A stretch of DNA of 64,000 nt from Smithella sp. GTDB taxonomy: Bacteria; Desulfobacterota; Syntrophia; Syntrophales; Smithellaceae. Below are positions 58,422 through 64,000 of the stretch, piece after piece. Position numbers and translations under genes: made by a program. Where the stretch lies: positions 4,488 through 68,487 of the forward strand of contig DAOSZO010000001.1 in the NCBI GenBank assembly GCA_035382085.1, in the 5' to 3' direction. The notes beneath the pieces were generated by a model. That model made no database searches, was not told the origin of the DNA, and saw nothing but the letters and a program-made list of their open reading frames with translations. Numbering within the stretch: the first letter of the stretch is position 1; each line of letters begins with the position of its first letter.

Positions 58422-60011
58422 ACTTTCCATCAGTTTTTGAGCCGTCCGGATTCCGTCAATCGCGGAGCTTACAATGCCCCCGGCGTACCCCGCTCCTTCC
58501 CCGCAGGGATATATGCCGATAACGGTTTCACTCTGCCCGTCCTTTCCGCGGCAAATCCTCACCGGCGCAGAAGTTCGGGTCTCTACGCCAATCAAATGGG
58601 CCTCCTCGGTAATGAATCCTCGCATTTTTTTGTCAAATTCCCAGAGGCCTCTTTTAATGGCTTCGGCTGCAAAGTCAGGCAACAGGTGATGCAATAGCGT
58701 GGGGGTCACGCCAGGACGATAACTGGTTTCCCCTAGCGTGTCGCTTGCCTTTCCTTTCAAGAAGTCCGTAATCTTCTGCGCCGGCGCGAGAAAATTCCCG
58801 CCTCCGGCCAAATATGCTTTTCCTTCCCAAACGCTTCGGAAGTCAAGTCCTCTCAGCGGGTTGGAATCCGAAGAAAAATCTTCCACCCGGACGTTGACCA
58901 CCAAAGCCGCGTTGGCAAATTTTCCGGAACGGCGGGCGTTGCTCATTCCGTTGACGCACAAATACCCGTCGCGGGTGCTGCAGCCGATCACCGCACCTCC
59001 GGGACACATGCAGAAAGAATAAACGGAACGATTCAAATCCGAAAGCGACGCTGTCAAAAAATATTCGGCGGGCGGCAGTTTGGGATGCCCGCGCCATTTT
59101 CCGTACTGAATTTCATTGATGAGATCCTGCGGGTGTTCCGCGCGCAATCCCATGGCAAAGGGCTTTGCCTTCATCATGAGGCCCTTTGCGAAAAGCGCCC
59201 GATACGTGTCCTCCGCGCTCTGACCGATGGCGAGAATCACTTGACGGGTTTGGATTTCCTCACGGTCGTTGACAATGACTGCCGCAATTTCATCGCGCTG
59301 AATGATGAAGTCCGTCACACAGGCATCAAACTCAACATGGCATCCCATCTCAATTAATTTTTTCCGAAAATTAACTATGATTTTTCTTAAACTGTCCGTG
59401 CCGATATGGGGCTTGGCATCCACGAGAGTTTCCGGCCGCGCGCCCATGTCCACGAAAATCTTTTTGACCCTTACCGCCAAAGGATTTTTTGTTCTGCTGG
59501 TAAGTTTGCCGTCCGAAAACGTTCCCGCGCCACCTTCGCCGAAAAGAACATTGCTTTGGGGATTCAATCCTTGTCCGTTCCAGAATTTCTCCACATCCTT
59601 GACGCGCTTTTCAATAGCCCGGCCCCGCTCCAGGAGAATTACCGGCACTTTATTGCTTAAAAGCTCGTATGCGGCAAACATTCCCGCGGGTCCTGCGCCG
59701 ACAACGACAACAGGTTTTTGAGATGCCCTGATCGAGGCAAATGAAGGCATGGCCGGTTCATGAGGCATTTCTTCCAAATGGATATTCCCCATTAATTGCT
59801 TCGGCGGCTGGATATCTTCGGCCAGGACGATTTTCAGAACATACACGAATTGGGGGGCTCTATGCCGGCGCGCATCAATGGATTTTCGGACAATTTGCAT
59901 CTCAACAATATCGGAAGGCTTGATTTTCAGCAGATCTGCCGTCTTTGCGGCCAGGACGTCTTCTTTGTCCGACAAATCCAGCCTGATTCCGCTCAAACGC
60001 CAGTATTTCAT
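58413..60011 (-). CDS. FAD-dependent protein (COG2509-type uncharacterised dehydrogenase)
   Basis: VVVVGAGPAGMFAAYEL dinucleotide site, C-terminal PCGEGAGYAGGIVSSAIDG. 532 aa. Confidence 0.65.
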   Translation of the reverse strand: MKYWRLSGIRLDLSDKEDVLAAKTADLLKIKPSDIVEMQIVRKSIDARRHRAPQFVYVLKIVLAEDIQPPKQLMGNIHLEEMPHEPAMPSFASIRASQKPVVVVGAGPAGMFAAYELLSNKVPVILLERGRAIEKRVKDVEKFWNGQGLNPQSNVLFGEGGAGTFSDGKLTSRTKNPLAVRVKKIFVDMGARPETLVDAKPHIGTDSLRKIIVNFRKKLIEMGCHVEFDACVTDFIIQRDEIAAVIVNDREEIQTRQVILAIGQSAEDTYRALFAKGLMMKAKPFAMGLRAEHPQDLINEIQYGKWRGHPKLPPAEYFLTASLSDLNRSVYSFCMCPGGAVIGCSTRDGYLCVNGMSNARRSGKFANAALVVNVRVEDFSSDSNPLRGLDFRSVWEGKAYLAGGGNFLAPAQKITDFLKGKASDTLGETSYRPGVTPTLLHHLLPDFAAEAIKRGLWEFDKKMRGFITEEAHLIGVETRTSAPVRICRGKDGQSETVIGIYPCGEGAGYAGGIVSSAIDGIRTAQKLMESLR

Positions 60012-60076
60012 GAGATCTCCATTGCAAAACTTGTTGGAATGTTATAGGGCTACGCCGTAAAAGGAAACGGATTTTT

Positions 60077-60580
60077 ATGCCCTGGTATGTCATCTACACG
60101 AAAAGCAGACACGAATACAAGGTCAACACCCGTCTCTTTCAAAAGAATCTGGCAACGTTTCTACCTGAGATAGAAATCTGGAGCAAGCAAAAAGACCGCA
60201 AAAAGAAAATTCTGACTCCTCTTTTTCCCGGATATGTTTTCGTGGACGCGCCGTTCATGGACAATGAAACGCGTTTGGCAATCCTAAAAACGGCCGGCGT
60301 TGTCAAAATTCTAGGCAAAAAAGAAAACGCCGAACCCTTGCCCGTGCCCGATCAGCAGATTGACGCCATCCGGCGCTTTGTGAATTCCGACATGGAGATA
60401 TTCACCATGCAGTTTCCCCGCGAGGGTGAACCGGCGCGAATTGTTGACGGACCCTTTGCCGGCATCGAAGGCGTTGTCGTCCAAACCGACTGGGAAAAAG
60501 AACTTTTCGTCGTGACTATTGAAATTTTGCAGAGATCGGTAGCCGTCAAACTGAAGGGATTTCAGATCAGCAAAATATAA
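60077..60580 (+). CDS. NusG-paralog transcription antiterminator (UpxY/RfaH/LoaP-like)
   Basis: NGN-type start MPWYVIYTKSRHEYKV...LFPGYVFV and a KOW-like ARIVDGPFAGIEGVV. 167 aa, and not in a ribosomal secE-nusG context. Confidence 0.7.
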   Translation: MPWYVIYTKSRHEYKVNTRLFQKNLATFLPEIEIWSKQKDRKKKILTPLFPGYVFVDAPFMDNETRLAILKTAGVVKILGKKENAEPLPVPDQQIDAIRRFVNSDMEIFTMQFPREGEPARIVDGPFAGIEGVVVQTDWEKELFVVTIEILQRSVAVKLKGFQISKI

Positions 60581-60667
60581 TTGCGTTGATTTCTTCTTTT
60601 AAAATACTTGACTTTCTTTTCATTATAAGCAAGATAGCAACGCAAATTACTTTTACGGGGTCTGGTT

Positions 60668-60877
60668 TTGAAAGGACATATAAAAATCAACAAAGAACTA
60701 TGCAAGGAATGTCTGCTGTGCATTCATTTCTGTCCCAAAGGCCATATCTTGACCACGAATGAATACAATTCCCTGAGCTATCATCCCGTCGGCACGGATG
60801 AAACAAAGGAGTGCACCGGCTGCGCATTGTGCGCGACCATCTGCCCCGAGGTGGCCATAGAGGTGTATCGTGAATAA
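60668..60877 (+). CDS. 2-oxoacid:ferredoxin oxidoreductase, delta (2x[4Fe-4S] ferredoxin) subunit
   Basis: CKECLLCIHFCP and CTGCALCATICP. Apparent TTG start. Overlaps the alpha subunit start. Confidence 0.75.
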   Translation: MKGHIKINKELCKECLLCIHFCPKGHILTTNEYNSLSYHPVGTDETKECTGCALCATICPEVAIEVYRE

Positions 60878-61928
60878 AGTATTGATGTCGGGCAATCATA
60901 TCATCGGCGAGGCGGCCATTCGCGCGGGATGCCGATTTTACGCGGGCTACCCGATCACCCCTCAAAATGAATTGACGGAATACATGGCGGAACATATCCG
61001 AAACGCTGAAGGTGGAATTTTTATTCAGTCCGAAAGCGAAATCGCGGCCATCAACATGATTGCCGGAGCCAGCGCCGCCGGATTCAGGGTGATGACGTCA
61101 TCGTCCAGCCCCGGCATCTCCCTGAAGCAGGAGGGAATTTCCTCCATGGCCGCTTGCGAATTGCCGGGAATCATCGTCAACATCATGCGCGGAGGTCCCG
61201 GCTTGGGGAACATCCGGCCTTCCCAGGGCGACTACTTTCAGGCAACACGCGGCGGCGGCCACGGCGATTACCGCTGCATCGTTCTGGGGCCGGCCAGTTG
61301 TCAGGAACTGGCTGATTTGACCATGGATGGCTTCGAACTGGCCGACAAATATCGCAATCCCGTGATGATTCTAGCCGACGGCATGATGGGGCAGATGATG
61401 GAACCGGTGATCTTCAAAAAACCCAAGCCCCGCCTCTACAGCGAAAAATTCATGCTGCGCGGCGCCGGAACGGGTAAAAGCAAATTCATCAGAGGTCTCC
61501 TGCTCGACCCCATCGACAGTGAAGAGCATAATTGGAAACTGGCCCGTAAATACGAAGTGATCTTCAGAAAGGAATCTCGCTTTGAAACGTATCAAACCGA
61601 TGACGCGGAAATGATCATCGTTGCCTATGGAACGGCGGCCCGCATCGCAAAGGGTGCCATCAAAAGATTGCGCGGTGCAGGCATGAAAGTCGGTCTCTTT
61701 AGACCCATCACGCTTTGGCCTTTTCCGGAGCTTCAATTGAGAAGCTGGTCGTCAAAAGTCAGACACTACCTGGTTTTTGAAATGAGCACCGGCCAGATGC
61801 TGGAAGATGTTCGGTTGTCCCTGCAGGGTTTCGCGGATATTGAATTTCACGGAAGGCCCGGGGGGGCCGTACCGACACCGGCGGAATTGGCCAATGTCAT
61901 TGCGAAATATTATGAAAAAAGGGATTAG
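60870..61928 (+). CDS. 2-oxoacid:ferredoxin oxidoreductase, alpha subunit
   Basis: LMSGNHIIGEAAIRAGCRFYAGYPITPQNE canonical Por/Vor/Kor alpha N-terminus. Confidence 0.85.
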   Translation: MNKVLMSGNHIIGEAAIRAGCRFYAGYPITPQNELTEYMAEHIRNAEGGIFIQSESEIAAINMIAGASAAGFRVMTSSSSPGISLKQEGISSMAACELPGIIVNIMRGGPGLGNIRPSQGDYFQATRGGGHGDYRCIVLGPASCQELADLTMDGFELADKYRNPVMILADGMMGQMMEPVIFKKPKPRLYSEKFMLRGAGTGKSKFIRGLLLDPIDSEEHNWKLARKYEVIFRKESRFETYQTDDAEMIIVAYGTAARIAKGAIKRLRGAGMKVGLFRPITLWPFPELQLRSWSSKVRHYLVFEMSTGQMLEDVRLSLQGFADIEFHGRPGGAVPTPAELANVIAKYYEKRD

Positions 61929-61947
61929 TTCACTCTAAGGAACTTCT

Positions 61948-62721
61948 ATGGCAAAGGTTGTTTTCAAAAGACCGAAAAGTTTAAAAGAAAACGTTTTTCA
62001 TTATTGTCCCGGCTGCGGGCACAGTATCGCGCACAGAATCATCTCCGAGGTCGTTGATGAGCTGGATATCCGAGGCATCACCATTGGCGTTCCCCCCGCG
62101 GGTTGCGCTGTTTTGGCCTATAATTACTTTGACGTGGACATGATTGAGGCGCCACACGGACGAGGACCTGCGATGGCTTCAGCCATCAAGCGTTGCCTTC
62201 CGGATCGGGTGGTCTTTTCTTACCAGGGAGACGGCGACCTTGCAGCGATTGGGATTGCGGAGAGTTTCCACGCGGCCAATCGCGGTGAAAACATTACAAT
62301 CATCTTTATCAATAACGCCGTTTACGGGATGACGGGCGGACAGATGGCCCCGACCACTATGCTGGATCAAAAAACAACCACCTCCCCTGCAGGACGCAAC
62401 AAAACGCTTGACGGATATCCGGTCAAGGTTTGTGAAATCTTTTCGCAACTCAAAGGCGCCACGTATATTGAAAGATGCATGGTCAATTCGCCGGCCAATG
62501 TCATCAAGGCCAAAAAAGCCATCAAAAAGGCTTTTCAATGCCAGATGGACGGCCTGGGATTTTCATTGATTGAAATCCTTTCTCCGTGTCCGACCAACTG
62601 GAAAATGAGCGCCTTCAATTCCTGTAAGTGGATTGATGAAGTAATGAGCAAGGAGTTTCCTCCCGGTGTTTACAAGGACAATGTCGCATCACTGAAAAAA
62701 GACTCGGAGGCCTCCCTATGA
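61948..62721 (+). CDS. 2-oxoacid:ferredoxin oxidoreductase, beta (TPP-binding) subunit
   Basis: YCPGCGH motif, GDGD...NNAVYGMTGGQ TPP motif. Confidence 0.85.
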   Translation: MAKVVFKRPKSLKENVFHYCPGCGHSIAHRIISEVVDELDIRGITIGVPPAGCAVLAYNYFDVDMIEAPHGRGPAMASAIKRCLPDRVVFSYQGDGDLAAIGIAESFHAANRGENITIIFINNAVYGMTGGQMAPTTMLDQKTTTSPAGRNKTLDGYPVKVCEIFSQLKGATYIERCMVNSPANVIKAKKAIKKAFQCQMDGLGFSLIEILSPCPTNWKMSAFNSCKWIDEVMSKEFPPGVYKDNVASLKKDSEASL

Positions 62722-63260
62722 TTGTGAAAACGCTTTTTTCCGGATTTGGCGGACAGGGTGTTTTGATGATGGGGGTCAGTTTTGCACACAGCGCCATGAG
62801 CAAAGGCCTTCACGTGACCTATCTGCCCGCTTACGGCGCGGAGATGCGCGGCGGGACAGCCAATTGCACAGTCGCCATTGCCGACGAAGAAATCGCGTCG
62901 CCCGTCGCTTCTGAACCCAATTATCTTGTTGTCATGAACACCCCTTCCCTTGTTTCATTTCAGAACAAAGTGGTTGCGGGCGGCATGATATTTCTCAATT
63001 CCTCCATCACGAAAGAACAACCCAAGCGGCATGATGTAACCATCCATAAAATCCCCTGTTCCGATATTGCCCAGGAATTGGGCAATATCAGGGTGGCGAA
63101 TATCGTGATGATGGGAGCGTTCCTCAAAATTTCGCAGACCGTTCCCCCGGACATTTATCTGAAAAGCCTTGAGACCATCATGGGCAGCCGGAAAAAATCT
63201 CTGGCGGAAATCAACCGCAAAGCCTTCGCCGCGGGTTACGATTTTGTAAAACAAGGGTAA
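62718..63260 (+). CDS. 2-oxoacid:ferredoxin oxidoreductase, gamma subunit
   Basis: FSGFGGQGVLMMG...YGAEMRGG canonical gamma motif. Overlaps the beta stop by 4 nt. Confidence 0.85.
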   Translation: MIVKTLFSGFGGQGVLMMGVSFAHSAMSKGLHVTYLPAYGAEMRGGTANCTVAIADEEIASPVASEPNYLVVMNTPSLVSFQNKVVAGGMIFLNSSITKEQPKRHDVTIHKIPCSDIAQELGNIRVANIVMMGAFLKISQTVPPDIYLKSLETIMGSRKKSLAEINRKAFAAGYDFVKQG

Positions 63261-63264
63261 ACAT

Positions 63265-63696
63265 ATGGCCGTAAAACAGATTTCGGTTCTTCTGGAAAAC
63301 ATTCCCGGGTCATTTGCAAAACTCACCCACATTCTTGATCTGGAAGACATCAGCATCAAGGCGGTTTCCGCTGCAAGCATCGCTGAAGACAGCCGTGTTC
63401 GCCTCGTCGTCAATGACCCCGACCGCGCCGCGGCTGTTTTGGAAAGCTATAATCTCAACTTCGAGGTCACGCCTGTATTAGCCGCGGAAGTTCCCCTGCA
63501 CGCCGGAGGCATGAACGCCATCTTGAAACCGCTGGCCAAAGCGGACGTCAACATTCATTATCTTTACACCACCATCAACCGCATCGGCAAGGAAACCATC
63601 ATCATCATCGGCGTGGACAAACTCGAAGAAGCCCGAAATATCCTTTTGAACCACTGGATTCATCTCATTGATGATGAAATTTATTCCATTCCATGA
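63265..63696 (+). CDS. Tandem ACT-domain protein
   Basis: QISVLLENIPGSFAKL and a second ACT-like half (AAEVPLHAGGMNAIL). Last gene of the oxidoreductase operon. Confidence 0.7.
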   Translation: MAVKQISVLLENIPGSFAKLTHILDLEDISIKAVSAASIAEDSRVRLVVNDPDRAAAVLESYNLNFEVTPVLAAEVPLHAGGMNAILKPLAKADVNIHYLYTTINRIGKETIIIIGVDKLEEARNILLNHWIHLIDDEIYSIP

Positions 63697-63714
63697 TTCC
63701 GGACGCGCATCTTT

Positions 63715-64000
63715 ATGCCGGTTTCAAAAGAAAAAGAAAACGCGCTTCTGACACGAATGAACGATCTGGGCGTCAAGGAAAAGGATTTTCAGGAATCCTT
63801 CATTCGCTCATCGGGACCCGGCGGACAGAAGGTCAATAAAAGTTCATCCTGCGTTTATCTTGTGCATCTGCCGACAGGCCTTTCCGTAAAATGCCAGAAG
63901 GAACGCTCGCAATCCCTCAATAGATTTCTGGCCAAACGGATGCTCCTGGACAAAATTGAAAAGATGAAGACGGGATTTGTCTCCCGGCAAAGAGACCTAG
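63715..64000 (+). CDS. Peptide chain release factor-like (RF-1 domain, GGQ) protein, 3' end outside window
   Basis: Hand translation from the ATG at 63715 gives MPVSKEKENALLTRMNDLGVKEKDFQESFIRSSGPGGQKVNKSSSCVYLVHLPTG... with a GGQ motif. The ORF is open to the window edge. Confidence 0.65.
   Translation, partial: MPVSKEKENALLTRMNDLGVKEKDFQESFIRSSGPGGQKVNKSSSCVYLVHLPTGLSVKCQKERSQSLNRFLAKRMLLDKIEKMKTGFVSRQRDL

Overview
This is a 64-kb, gene-dense and moderately AT-rich bacterial chromosomal window with about 75 CDS and one tRNA. I saw no rRNA, CRISPR array, transposase or integrase. All calls rest on reading the sequence and on motifs recognised in the supplied translations; no database search was run. 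Most of the window is housekeeping with classical proteobacterial synteny. One minus-strand block is tRNA-Val, thrS, infC, rpmI, rplT, pheS, pheT, ihfA and a MerR regulator. Another is argS, a SPOR protein, ffh, rpsP, a KH protein, rimM, trmD, rplS, rnhB and yraN. Also present are purM-purN, recJ, recG, dnaE, guaB, dtd, ribD, pfk and hom. Anaerobe-type metabolism (indolepyruvate:ferredoxin oxidoreductase iorAB, a four-subunit 2-oxoacid:ferredoxin oxidoreductase with an ACT protein, and a PaaK-like ligase fragment) suggests a Desulfobacterota/deltaproteobacterium-like anaerobe; this is inference only. The clearest accessory segment is 49.4-56.0 kb on the minus strand: sigma70-like promoter, a GEMM-I (c-di-GMP-I-like) riboswitch candidate, pilD, FimT/GspH-like, PilV-like, PilW-like and PilX-like minor pilins, then a vWA-domain PilY1 split into two ORFs, the second with its own signal peptide. 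Other items worth a second look: an AT-rich orphan gene (21.8-22.7 kb) encoding a zinc-ribbon protein with a nucleoside 2-deoxyribosyltransferase/TIR-like C-terminal domain, which is a possible nucleotide-targeting conflict effector; a 58-aa Cys-rich gene missing from the ORF track, with its own promoter, RBS and a strong terminator immediately upstream of argS; infC with a non-canonical ATA start; a hom plus phosphoglycerate-mutase-like 'proposed homoserine kinase' pair; and a NusG paralog in front of the oxidoreductase operon. I did not find a convincing multi-gene undescribed system. The riboswitch-controlled split-PilY1 operon and the orphan Zn-ribbon/NDT-like gene are the best candidates.
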